Below are positions 1 through 8,483 of a stretch of DNA of 64,000 nucleotides, in pieces; position 1 is the stretch's first letter; every line of letters begins with the position of its first letter. This DNA comes from Peptococcaceae bacterium 1109 (GTDB lineage: Bacteria; Bacillota; Limnochordia; Darwinibacteriales; Darwinibacteriaceae): contig LDJB01000001.1 in NCBI GenBank assembly GCA_001028815.1, positions 513,634 to 577,633 on the forward strand. The letters run 5' to 3'. Made by a program: the position numbers and the translations under genes. The notes beneath the pieces were generated by a model. The model worked only from the letters and a program-made list of their open reading frames with translations. It was not told the DNA's origin and ran no database searches.

Positions 1-131
1 ATTCCACTAGAGAGGCATCACCCCTCCGACAAGCGGAAGATGCGGTGGTTATCGACACCACGAATTTATCCGTAAGTGAAGTAGTCGATCTTATCTTGGC
101 TTACTGCAGGGGGAGGGGTGGCCATGTATGA
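1..131 (+). CDS. cmk: cytidylate kinase, C-terminal fragment (gene starts upstream of window)
   Basis: Frame-3 translation ...AEDAVVIDTTNLSVSEVVDLILAYCRGRGG* matches the typical Cmk C-terminus; stop overlaps plsC start; cmk-plsC-rpsA synteny. Confidence 0.55.
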   Translation, partial: STREASPLRQAEDAVVIDTTNLSVSEVVDLILAYCRGRGGHV

Positions 132-711
132 GCGGGGTGTAGCGATTGTCCGATGGGCGTTGCGCCTCATCTTTGGCCTGGAAGTAACGGGCCTAGAAAA
201 CATCCCCCGGGAAGGGGGCGCTGTTGTCGCGTCGAATCATACCACATGGTTTGATCCAGTGGCCGTTGCCTGTGCCCTTGACCGGCCGGTACATTTTATG
301 GCTAAAGCAGAGCTGTTTCGCAACCCGTTAGTGGCTAGATTTCTCCGGAAGGTGTACGCATTTCCGGTACGGCGGGGTGCAGCGGATCGGGATGCTATCC
401 GCGCCGCCATTCAAGTTGCAGGAGAAGGCAATCTTTTGGGCATCTTTCCCGAGGGGACCAGGGGCCAAGGCGGGGAGCTCTTGCCCCTCCAGAGCGGAGC
501 AGTGTTTATCGCAGCTAAAGCGGGGGTCCCCATTGTCCCAGTGGCAGTGGCTGGGGTTGCCCCACTGAGGTTTAGGCAGAGGATAGTGGTGCGCGTTGGC
601 GAGCCCCTGGATCTTGGCGGGCCCCGACGGATCACAAAACCGGAGATGGAAGAGGCCAGTTTGGCGATTTCTAAGCAATTTAGTCAACTGCTTAGAAGGA
701 ATATCGACTGA
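124..711 (+). CDS. plsC: 1-acyl-sn-glycerol-3-phosphate acyltransferase
   Basis: NHTTWFDP (HxxxxD) and FPEGTR acyltransferase motifs; RBS GGAGG 7 nt before ATG at 124. Confidence 0.85.
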   Translation: MYERGVAIVRWALRLIFGLEVTGLENIPREGGAVVASNHTTWFDPVAVACALDRPVHFMAKAELFRNPLVARFLRKVYAFPVRRGAADRDAIRAAIQVAGEGNLLGIFPEGTRGQGGELLPLQSGAVFIAAKAGVPIVPVAVAGVAPLRFRQRIVVRVGEPLDLGGPRRITKPEMEEASLAISKQFSQLLRRNID

Positions 712-778
712 GGCGCAGAAATACAAACAGGGCGGATATTTGCTTAGCTGTTATAGGTATAATAAGGGAGGCGAACGG

Positions 779-2911
779 GTGGAAGTAGTATTGGCAGATG
801 CCGCGGGCTTCTGTTTTGGCGTGAAGCGTGCTTTGGATTTGACTCTCAAGACCATTTCCGAAGCTGAGGAGAGCGGCAGCGGCACTCCGATACACACATT
901 AGGTCCACTTATCCATAATCCTCAAGTGGTGCAGGAGCTTGAAGCCAAAGGCGTGAGAGTAAGCCAAGCACCAGAGGATGTCCATTCAGGAGTAGTCATT
1001 GTTCGTTGTCACGGAATACCGCCGAAGGTTATGGATGAACTGAAGCAGCGGAACGTGCAAGTTCTTGACGCCACATGTCCGTTTGTGCAGCGAGCTATGC
1101 GTTGGGCTAGACAGTTGACAGAAGAAGGGTATCAGGTTGTTATTGTGGGGGATGAATCTCATCCTGAGGTCCAGGCGATTAAGGGTTATACCAATGGGAC
1201 TGCTTACGTTGTGGACTCACCTCAAGCCATTGATGAACTTCCGGCAGCAAAACGCATAGGTGTTATAGCGCAGACAACTCAATCAACGGAAATCTTCAAG
1301 GCATGCATGAACGCGTTGGTTGGGAAAGCTGAGGAACTTAAGGCCTTTGATACCATCTGTACCGCGACCGAACAGCGGCAAGCTTCTGCAAGACGGTTAG
1401 CCGCCCAAGTGGACGTTATGGTAGTGATCGGAGGCCACAATAGCGCCAACACAAAGAGATTGGCGGAAGTATGTCAGGAGCAGGGGACTCGTACGATTCA
1501 CGTTGAGACACCTGATGAATTAAAAAAAGAGTGGTTCACGGGAGTTCGTAAAGCCGGAGTCACGGCTGGAGCCTCTACTCCAGATTGGTTAATTGAGGGG
1601 GTACTAAAGAGAATGATGGAATTCACAGAGGAGAAAGTAGCACAAGTAACAGAAGGAGTTGAAGAAGAGCAGGACCAGGTAGCGCCTGAAGCGTCAGTGG
1701 AACAGCCTGAGGCCACAGCAGAGGCGGCTCAGACTGCACAGACTGAAGAGCCTCAAATGGAGGACTTCGAAGTCAAGTTGCCTACCCAGGGCGATGTTAT
1801 CAAGGGCCGGGTTGTAAGGGTCTCTCCAGATGAAGTCTTGGTCGACATTGATTATAAATCTGAAGGGCGTATACCCTTGAATGAGCTGAGCTTCCTGCCG
1901 AACGTTCAGCCAGCAGATGTTGTCTCAGAAGGCGATGAGATCTCCGTCAAGGTTCTGAAAGTAGAAGATTCAGAAGGCACCGTGCTCCTTTCGAAGAAGC
2001 GGGCCGATGCAGACCAGAGCTGGCAGAAACTCCAAGAACTGCAGGAAAGCGGTGGCACCCTTAAAGCAAAGGTCATGCAGACCGTAAAGGGCGGGCTCTT
2101 AGTTGATGTAGGTGTGCGGGGCTTTATTCCTGCTAGCCATGTTTCCCGCACCTTCGAAGACAACTTGGATAAGTACGTTGGCCAAGTCTTGGAGCTGAAA
2201 ATCATTGAGCTGGACCGCTCCAAGAACAACGTGGTGTTTTCCCATAAAGAAGTCCTGGAAGAGAAGTTCCAGCGGGCGAAGGAAGAAGCTTTCAATAATC
2301 TGAAAGAGGGAGCCATCGTTGACGGCGTAGTGCGGCGCATCACCGACTTCGGCGCTTTTGTAGATATCGGCAGCGGCGTGGAAGGCCTCCTGCACGTCTC
2401 TGAGATGGCTTACAGCCGGGTTAGCCATCCATCGGATGTTTTGTCCGAGGGTGATGAGATTCGCGTAATGGTCCTGGGCATCGACAAGGAAAGCGAGCGC
2501 ATCTCCTTAGGGCTCAAGCAAACCCTGCCTGATCCATGGGATTCGATTACCGAGAAGTACGCAGTGGGCGATGTGGTGACTGGTACAGTCACCCGGGTCG
2601 TAGACTTCGGCGCCTTTGTGAAGCTGGAGGACGGCGTTGAAGGTTTGGTGCACATCAGCCAGCTGTCCCACAAACACGTTGCCAAGACCGAAGACGTGGT
2701 CAACCCTGGCGATAGCGTCCAGGTGAAGGTGATCAGCGTTGATCCTGATGCCCGCCGCATTGGCCTTAGCATCAAGGAACTTGAGCCTAAACCAGAGCCG
2801 AAGCCAGCTCCTAAGGCCAAGCAGGTCCAAGAACCAGTTGATGAAGGAAACGAAGATCTCACCACCAACCTCGGTGATATGTTCGGTGACCTGTTCAAAC
2901 AGAATAAGTAA
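779..2911 (+). CDS. ispH: bifunctional 4-hydroxy-3-methylbut-2-enyl diphosphate reductase (IspH/LytB) / ribosomal protein S1 (four S1 domains)
   Basis: N-terminal LytB region (AAGFCFGVKRA..., ~280 aa) followed by repeated S1 domains (GxV.G.V..i..fGaFV.i..g.eGL.HiSe); GTG 779 preceded by AAGGGAGG with 7-nt spacer; the track ORF from 596 overlaps plsC and lacks an RBS. Confidence 0.85.
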   Translation: MEVVLADAAGFCFGVKRALDLTLKTISEAEESGSGTPIHTLGPLIHNPQVVQELEAKGVRVSQAPEDVHSGVVIVRCHGIPPKVMDELKQRNVQVLDATCPFVQRAMRWARQLTEEGYQVVIVGDESHPEVQAIKGYTNGTAYVVDSPQAIDELPAAKRIGVIAQTTQSTEIFKACMNALVGKAEELKAFDTICTATEQRQASARRLAAQVDVMVVIGGHNSANTKRLAEVCQEQGTRTIHVETPDELKKEWFTGVRKAGVTAGASTPDWLIEGVLKRMMEFTEEKVAQVTEGVEEEQDQVAPEASVEQPEATAEAAQTAQTEEPQMEDFEVKLPTQGDVIKGRVVRVSPDEVLVDIDYKSEGRIPLNELSFLPNVQPADVVSEGDEISVKVLKVEDSEGTVLLSKKRADADQSWQKLQELQESGGTLKAKVMQTVKGGLLVDVGVRGFIPASHVSRTFEDNLDKYVGQVLELKIIELDRSKNNVVFSHKEVLEEKFQRAKEEAFNNLKEGAIVDGVVRRITDFGAFVDIGSGVEGLLHVSEMAYSRVSHPSDVLSEGDEIRVMVLGIDKESERISLGLKQTLPDPWDSITEKYAVGDVVTGTVTRVVDFGAFVKLEDGVEGLVHISQLSHKHVAKTEDVVNPGDSVQVKVISVDPDARRIGLSIKELEPKPEPKPAPKAKQVQEPVDEGNEDLTTNLGDMFGDLFKQNK

Positions 2912-2926
2912 TAACCTTAAGCAGAG

Positions 2927-2960
2927 CCCTGTCCGGGAAACGTCCTGGACAGGGTTTTTT
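2927..2960 (+). terminator. rho-independent terminator after ispH/rpsA
   Basis: ccctgtccgg/ccggacaggg-like 10-bp stem followed by TTTTTT. Confidence 0.7.
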
Positions 2961-3021
2961 CGTGCTACATATTGGCGTCCTTCACGGGAAAACTAACAGA
3001 AACGTTACTGGAGGGATGCCC

Positions 3022-3672
3022 ATGCCAGCGGGGATGACGATTCTGGTTGTGGTGGCGGCCCTGATCTACTTTGGGGTGGCTCAGCGAATGTTGGACAAAA
3101 TGCGCCTCACTGACACTCAAGCCCTACTCTTCATTGGGCTCATGGTCGCGGGCAGCTTCATAACAATTCCCCTGTTGTCCGGGAGAACCAGCATCAGCCT
3201 GAATATTGGTGGTTCCTTGGTTCCCCTGGGGATAGTAATCTACCTCTTAACCACCGCGGACTCCGCCTACGAACGGGTGCGGGCCCTGATTGCCTCGGTG
3301 GTCAGTGCAGCCATCATTTTTGGGATTGCTCAATACACGGATTTTGACCCCAGCAGTGGCACCTTCATCGATCCGCTCTGGTTGTTCAGCATCATTTCTG
3401 GGATTGTGGGATACCTAGCCGGCCGGTCCCGCAGGGCAGCATTCATCGCTGGGGTGCTGGGCATCCTCTTGACAGATCTGGTCCACGCGGTGCGGGCTTG
3501 GCTGGCTAACATGAACACCCGCACAGCAATAGGGGGAGCCGGAGTTTTTGATGCAATGATCGTCGCAGGGATCATTGCCGTTGCCCTAGCGGAGATTGTG
3601 GGGGAAACCCGGGAGCGCCTCTCCGGTGGGCCGGGGGTGCCCAGCCAAGGGGAAAAGGAGGGTGATGATTAA
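3022..3672 (+). CDS. hypothetical polytopic membrane protein (YphA-position)
   Basis: Multiple hydrophobic helices; RBS GGAGGG 6 nt before ATG 3022; conserved position between rpsA and the YIEGIA gene. Confidence 0.6.
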   Translation: MPAGMTILVVVAALIYFGVAQRMLDKMRLTDTQALLFIGLMVAGSFITIPLLSGRTSISLNIGGSLVPLGIVIYLLTTADSAYERVRALIASVVSAAIIFGIAQYTDFDPSSGTFIDPLWLFSIISGIVGYLAGRSRRAAFIAGVLGILLTDLVHAVRAWLANMNTRTAIGGAGVFDAMIVAGIIAVALAEIVGETRERLSGGPGVPSQGEKEGDD

Positions 3673-4751
3673 TGCTGAGCAACCGAATGGCGGCCTTGAT
3701 CGTGATACTGCTCCTCTTCGCCCAAGGGGTAGCCTTGGCAGAGCGCACTGATGGAGGGTACTATCGCTTGGTGGACGAGGCCGGTGAAACCCTTACCATG
3801 ACATCTCGCCACTTGGACGTGGGGGACGCGTACATCGCGGCGGATAACCGGCGCTACGAGGTGGTGGAAATCGCCGGCGATGAAGTGCGGATGCGTTACA
3901 CTGAGACCATTACCCTGCCCGAAGTGGATTTGGATGCTTTTCGTACCCAGGTGGGAGGCACTTCTCAGGACGGTGAGCGGGTAGTTGGGATTTACCACAC
4001 CCACAACGCAGAATCGTATGTGCCTACCAGCGGTACGGAATCTAAGGATGACGGGAATGGGGACATCCTCCAGGTGGGGAAAGCTCTTGCAGATGCCATG
4101 GAGAACTTGGGTTTTACGGTGATTTGGTCAGATAACAGCCACCTGCCCCATGATGGGCAGGCTTATGACCGCTCCCGGCGGACCGCTGTGGAGCTCCTAG
4201 AGAAAAATCCCGTCACCCTCATCGATGTTCATCGAGACGCCACTCCCCCAGAAGTGTATGAGGCTCAGGTTGACGGTGAACCAGTTACCAAAGTGCGTAT
4301 CGTGGTAGGGCGCCAGAACCAAAACCGGGAAGCTAACCTGGAGTACGCCAAACGCCTCAAGTCAGTGGCTGACCAGGAGTTCCCTGGGATCATCGAGGGG
4401 ATATTTGATGCCCGGGGGAACTATAACCAAGACCTTGGCCCCAGGATGATTCTCTTGGAGTTTGGGGCCCATACAAACTATATGGAACATGCGCAGCGGG
4501 CAGCAGAGTTTTTCGCGAAAGTGATCCCCGCGGCCGCGGGCGTTCAGCCAGGCCAGGAACAAGCTGCGGACCAGGAGATCGGCGCACCTGCAGGCCGCTC
4601 TGTACTGTGGATCTTGGGTATTGCTGCCGCGGCCTTAGCCGGGTACCTGGTCCTTAACAGGCAGGGCTTGGGTTCCATTACAGGCTTCTTTCGGAGAGAA
4701 GCAGGCCTGGGCGGTACTGGCGACAACGATTCTGATCAGGAGAATGGGTAA
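3672..4751 (+). CDS. SpoIIP-family sporulation protein (cell-wall amidase-like)
   Basis: Signal/TM N-terminus; IYHTHNAESY and DVHRDA motifs typical of stage II sporulation protein P family. Confidence 0.6.
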   Translation: MLSNRMAALIVILLLFAQGVALAERTDGGYYRLVDEAGETLTMTSRHLDVGDAYIAADNRRYEVVEIAGDEVRMRYTETITLPEVDLDAFRTQVGGTSQDGERVVGIYHTHNAESYVPTSGTESKDDGNGDILQVGKALADAMENLGFTVIWSDNSHLPHDGQAYDRSRRTAVELLEKNPVTLIDVHRDATPPEVYEAQVDGEPVTKVRIVVGRQNQNREANLEYAKRLKSVADQEFPGIIEGIFDARGNYNQDLGPRMILLEFGAHTNYMEHAQRAAEFFAKVIPAAAGVQPGQEQAADQEIGAPAGRSVLWILGIAAAALAGYLVLNRQGLGSITGFFRREAGLGGTGDNDSDQENG

Positions 4752-5653
4752 TGGAATACCTCTTCACAGTGCTGTCCGGCGCACTTGCGGGTTTTCTCGC
4801 CCGCTGGTACATGCTCCGCCGGGACTATAGGCAGTATCCTAGTTACCCTCAGGGTTGGGCAATTCACCTCTTCCTGGGCTTCATTGGCGGCCTGATTGGC
4901 GCTGTGATCGTCCCGGCCTTTCTAGAAGGAGACTTCTCCGCGATCTCCTTTCTGCTCTTGGCGGCTACCCAGTTCCGAGAAGTACGCAACATGGAACGGA
5001 ATACGTTGACCGCGATGGAGGCAACGGAAATGGTCGGGAGGGGCAGCGGTTACATCGAGGGAATTGCCCGGGTATTTGAGGCTCGCAACTACCTAGCCAT
5101 CTGGGTTGCCCTCGCGGTGGCTGTGACAAGCCAGATCTTTGACCCAAACCGCCCCTTACAGCTCGTAGGGGGCTTGGTTGTGGCGCTCTTCCTTTCCTGG
5201 GTGTTGAACAGACTAATGCAGGGGAACGTCATAGGCGATATTGCCCATGTGGAGTTGGTGGATCTGGGTTTTGAGGGGCCCCTCTTAACGGCTGGCGGGG
5301 TCAGCGTCATGAACGTGGGCCTTGCCGAGGATCGCCAGACTTGGCTGGAGAAAGGCCTGGGCGTGAGGATTCGGCCTCACGGGCCTGATGCCAAGGCGAC
5401 CCTGGCCAACATCGGGCAGATGCAGGCTATTGCCCACGATGTTATCTCCATGATCGGCTTGTACATGGATGTGGGGGAACAGGAGTTTGTCCCTATCGTC
5501 CGGAGGGAGAGAGAAAGCGGGAGTCTGGTGCTGGCAGTCATTCCCTCAGAACAAGATGCAGAGGCGCTCATCGCTGCCGTAAAGGGAGTGCCAGTGCTTG
5601 AAGGGGCCATTCGAAAGCCCCTCAGCTCCCGAGCGGGCCAAGAGCTTGACTAG
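4751..5653 (+). CDS. YIEGIA-family protein (SeaA/YphB-like, sporulation envelope)
   Basis: Literal YIEGIA motif encoded at nt 5051-5068; ~300 aa with N-terminal TM helices, the size typical of the family; start overlaps the upstream stop. Confidence 0.75.
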   Translation: MEYLFTVLSGALAGFLARWYMLRRDYRQYPSYPQGWAIHLFLGFIGGLIGAVIVPAFLEGDFSAISFLLLAATQFREVRNMERNTLTAMEATEMVGRGSGYIEGIARVFEARNYLAIWVALAVAVTSQIFDPNRPLQLVGGLVVALFLSWVLNRLMQGNVIGDIAHVELVDLGFEGPLLTAGGVSVMNVGLAEDRQTWLEKGLGVRIRPHGPDAKATLANIGQMQAIAHDVISMIGLYMDVGEQEFVPIVRRERESGSLVLAVIPSEQDAEALIAAVKGVPVLEGAIRKPLSSRAGQELD

Positions 5654-5667
5654 AAGGGGGACACAGT

Positions 5668-5856
5668 ATGGGAGGTTCCAAGAAAGAGATCTTGGCGGTA
5701 GTTACTACGAATCGGAACAAGGTGAGCGAGGGTACCCCCGTGTTCTATGCGGAAAACGCAGAGGAGTTGGAGCGTACCTCTAGATTGCTGGCCCGGGTCC
5801 TAACCGCGGCTATTCACGACTTGGATAATGAATGTGTGGTTATCGTGCGTCATTGA
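5668..5856 (+). CDS. small conserved protein; probable YIEGIA partner ('capping' subunit-like)
   Basis: 62 aa ORF with a good RBS (AAGGGGGA) immediately after the YIEGIA gene; the name is from memory of annotation practice and is not verified. Confidence 0.45.
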   Translation: MGGSKKEILAVVTTNRNKVSEGTPVFYAENAEELERTSRLLARVLTAAIHDLDNECVVIVRH

Positions 5857-5873
5857 CTGAGGAAGGAGCGACC

Positions 5874-6356
5874 GTGCTGGTCATCTATTACTGCTACGGC
5901 GGAACCCATTCTTCTCCCGTTGCCGCAGCCCTTCACACCGGCCTTCTCCCCGCGGAGCGTATCCCAACCCGAAAGGAGTTGCTTCAACTGCCGTGGTTCG
6001 ACAGGATCCAGACGGACCAGCGGGGCCAGCTGTTCTTCGTGGGAAAGGACCAAGCAGGCAATGCCATCTACATCTGCGGCAGGGGAAAGGAGAGGGACGG
6101 AATTGCTCAGGCCATTAAGAGCGGGTTTTCCCTCAGTGGTGGAGATAGCCAAGAACTCTTCTTCGTGGATACTATGCCCGCGGTTAACCTAGTCATGCGA
6201 GTGGGCGGGTATCTATCTAGGCGCCTTGGCTTGGTCGCTTTGGGCCGGCCGCTGGCGATCTTAGGGGCACAACTGGCCTTTCCACAGCTGCTCCGAATTG
6301 TGCAGGCGGCCAAGGGGGAGCTCGCTCAAATTCAAGGGGACGGCGAGCCCCGGTGA
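5874..6356 (+). CDS. conserved hypothetical protein (YCYGGTHSS motif)
   Basis: GTG start with GAGGAAGGAG RBS; conserved position before der; no recognisable catalytic motif. Confidence 0.5.
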   Translation: MLVIYYCYGGTHSSPVAAALHTGLLPAERIPTRKELLQLPWFDRIQTDQRGQLFFVGKDQAGNAIYICGRGKERDGIAQAIKSGFSLSGGDSQELFFVDTMPAVNLVMRVGGYLSRRLGLVALGRPLAILGAQLAFPQLLRIVQAAKGELAQIQGDGEPR

Positions 6357-6428
6357 GAAGGGAAACGGGCTATCTATAGCGAATTGAATCGAATCGAGTT
6401 AGAGAACTTGGGAAGTTGAGGTAGTAGG

Positions 6429-7739
6429 ATGAGCAAACCGATCGTAGCGATAGTGGGCCGGCCAAATGTGGGCAAGAGTACGCTCTTTAACCGCATCAGC
6501 GGCAGCCGCATCGCGATTGTGGAAGGCAGGCCCGGCGTAACCCGCGATCGCATTTACAGCGATGCGGAGTGGCTGAGCAAGCACTTTACCCTGATTGATA
6601 CAGGCGGGATTGATTACGAAACCGACGAGATCACAAAGCAGGTCCGGCGCCAGGCAATGATCGCCTTGGAGCAAGCAGATGTGATCATTTTCGTAGTGGA
6701 CGGACGGGCTGGGGTTACTGCCCTTGATGAAGAAGTCGCGGATCACCTTCGGCGGAGCGGCAAGCCTGTGGTACTGTGCGTGAACAAGGTGGAAGATCAA
6801 GAGCAGATTTGGGAGATGGTAGGGGAGTTCTACACCCTGGGGCTTGGGGATCCTATCTTTGTTTCTGCGGAGCACGGGCGCAATGTGGGTGACCTCCTTG
6901 ATGAAGTCTGCAAGCATTTCCCTGCAGATACCCCAGAGCCTGATGAGGACACCCTCCGTGTAGCTATTGTGGGCCGGCCGAATGTGGGCAAATCCTCATT
7001 GGTGAACAAGATCTTAGGAGATGAGCGGTCCATCGTGACCAACATCGCAGGCACGACCCGGGACGCCATTGACAGCCAGTTCACCTATGAGGGGCAAAGC
7101 ATGGTCCTGATTGACACAGCGGGCTTGCGGCGCCGGAGCAAGGTTGAAGAGAGCCTTGAATACTATAGTGTTATCAGGACGCTTCGGGCAGTGGACCGAA
7201 GCAATGTCACCGTTGCCCTGATCGATGCAACAGAGGGGCTCACTGAACAGGATAAGAAGATCATTGGTTACGCCCATGAGAGCGGTAAGGGCTTGATTAT
7301 CGCCGTGAATAAGTGGGATCTGGTGAAGAAAGACAGCAACACCATGCGGGACTTTGAGGAGGAGATCAGGAAAGGGCTGCTGTTTGCCAGCTATGCCCCG
7401 ATTGTGTTCATCTCTGCCCTCATAGGCCAACGCATTCCTGTGCTCTTGGATATGATCATCCAGGTTAACGAAGCCCGGGGAATCCGCATTCCCACAGGCC
7501 GGCTCAATGAGATTATTCAAGATGCAGTGTCCATTGCGCAGGTACCTAGCGACAAAGGGGTGCAGCTGAAGATTTTCTATGCCACTCAAGTCCAGGTTAA
7601 CCCACCGGTCTTCGCGCTTTACGTTAACCGGCGGGATCTGATGCATTTTTCCTACGAACGGTACTTGGAGAATCGGCTGCGCCAGGAATATGGTTTTGTA
7701 GGGACTCCTATCATTCTTGCGGTAAAGGAGCGAGGGTAG
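6429..7739 (+). CDS. der: ribosome-biogenesis GTPase Der (EngA), tandem GTPase domains + KH-like domain
   Basis: Two G-domains (GRPNVGKST..., DTGG; second GRPNVGKSS..., DTAG) and NKWD/NKVD motifs. Confidence 0.95.
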   Translation: MSKPIVAIVGRPNVGKSTLFNRISGSRIAIVEGRPGVTRDRIYSDAEWLSKHFTLIDTGGIDYETDEITKQVRRQAMIALEQADVIIFVVDGRAGVTALDEEVADHLRRSGKPVVLCVNKVEDQEQIWEMVGEFYTLGLGDPIFVSAEHGRNVGDLLDEVCKHFPADTPEPDEDTLRVAIVGRPNVGKSSLVNKILGDERSIVTNIAGTTRDAIDSQFTYEGQSMVLIDTAGLRRRSKVEESLEYYSVIRTLRAVDRSNVTVALIDATEGLTEQDKKIIGYAHESGKGLIIAVNKWDLVKKDSNTMRDFEEEIRKGLLFASYAPIVFISALIGQRIPVLLDMIIQVNEARGIRIPTGRLNEIIQDAVSIAQVPSDKGVQLKIFYATQVQVNPPVFALYVNRRDLMHFSYERYLENRLRQEYGFVGTPIILAVKERG

Positions 7740-7741
7740 CG

Positions 7742-8332
7742 ATGCTTGCGGTGATTCTACTCGCGGCCTACCTTCTGGGGTCCATTCCCTTTGGACTGAT
7801 TGTGGGCCATATATGGGCAAGAATTGATATTCGCCGGCACGGCAGCGGCAATATCGGAATGACTAACGTGATGCGTACCGTGGGTTATGTGCCAGGCGTG
7901 CTGACTCTCATTCTTGATGCAGGTAAGGGTGCTCTGGCAGTGTTCCTCGCCCGGGCGGTCTCAGACGATCCCATGGTGTGGCTGGCATGCGGCGCCTGCG
8001 CGATTGCAGGCCACAACTGGTCCATTTTTCTCCGCTTTCAAGGTGGCAAGGGCGTTGCCACCACCGCTGGCGTATTTTTAGGCGTGGCTCCTTACATCGC
8101 CCTGGCGCTGTTTTGCGTCTTCTTGGCAGTGGTGGTTACTACCCGTTACGTTTCCTTAGGGTCGATCATCGCCGCAGCTACCCTGCCCATTTGGCTGATG
8201 CTGTTTAAGTTTCCGTGGCAGGCTTTAGCTTTGGGAACACTGATCAGCGTTGTTACGGTGGTGCGGCACCGGTCTAACATCGGACGCTTGCTTACAGGCA
8301 CCGAGCACCGCTTCGGCCAGAAGAGCCGCTAG
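7742..8332 (+). CDS. plsY: glycerol-3-phosphate acyltransferase PlsY
   Basis: LLGSIPFGLI...GSGNIGMTNV signature of PlsY; membrane protein. Confidence 0.9.
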   Translation: MLAVILLAAYLLGSIPFGLIVGHIWARIDIRRHGSGNIGMTNVMRTVGYVPGVLTLILDAGKGALAVFLARAVSDDPMVWLACGACAIAGHNWSIFLRFQGGKGVATTAGVFLGVAPYIALALFCVFLAVVVTTRYVSLGSIIAAATLPIWLMLFKFPWQALALGTLISVVTVVRHRSNIGRLLTGTEHRFGQKSR

Positions 8333-8338
8333 AACCTT

Positions 8339-8372
8339 CCCAGCAGTCACTGCACTGCTGGGATTCTTTTTT
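8339..8372 (+). terminator. rho-independent terminator after plsY
   Basis: cccagcag...ctgctggg stem followed by attctttttt. Confidence 0.65.
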
Positions 8373-8483
8373 GCGGATGTGTTATATTTCCATCAGGCTT
8401 CTAATATAGTTATAGTGTCCAACAGGTGTATGCACGGGCATCGAATCAGCGGGAAGAGGCCCGAATTGAGGAGGGAAGCCTTG

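Noticed and set aside
596-778. 5' extension of the ispH/rpsA ORF overlapping plsC
   Set aside because: No RBS, not conserved, overlaps plsC in another frame; GTG 779 with AAGGGAGG RBS is the credible start.
7014-7820. 268-aa minus-strand ORF
   Set aside because: Antisense to der/plsY.
8380-8470. Possible sigma-E promoter for spoIVA (ATATT ... AATATAGT)
   Set aside because: Match to kmATATT-14-CATACAhT is only ~5/8 in the -10 element; too weak to call without a PWM.
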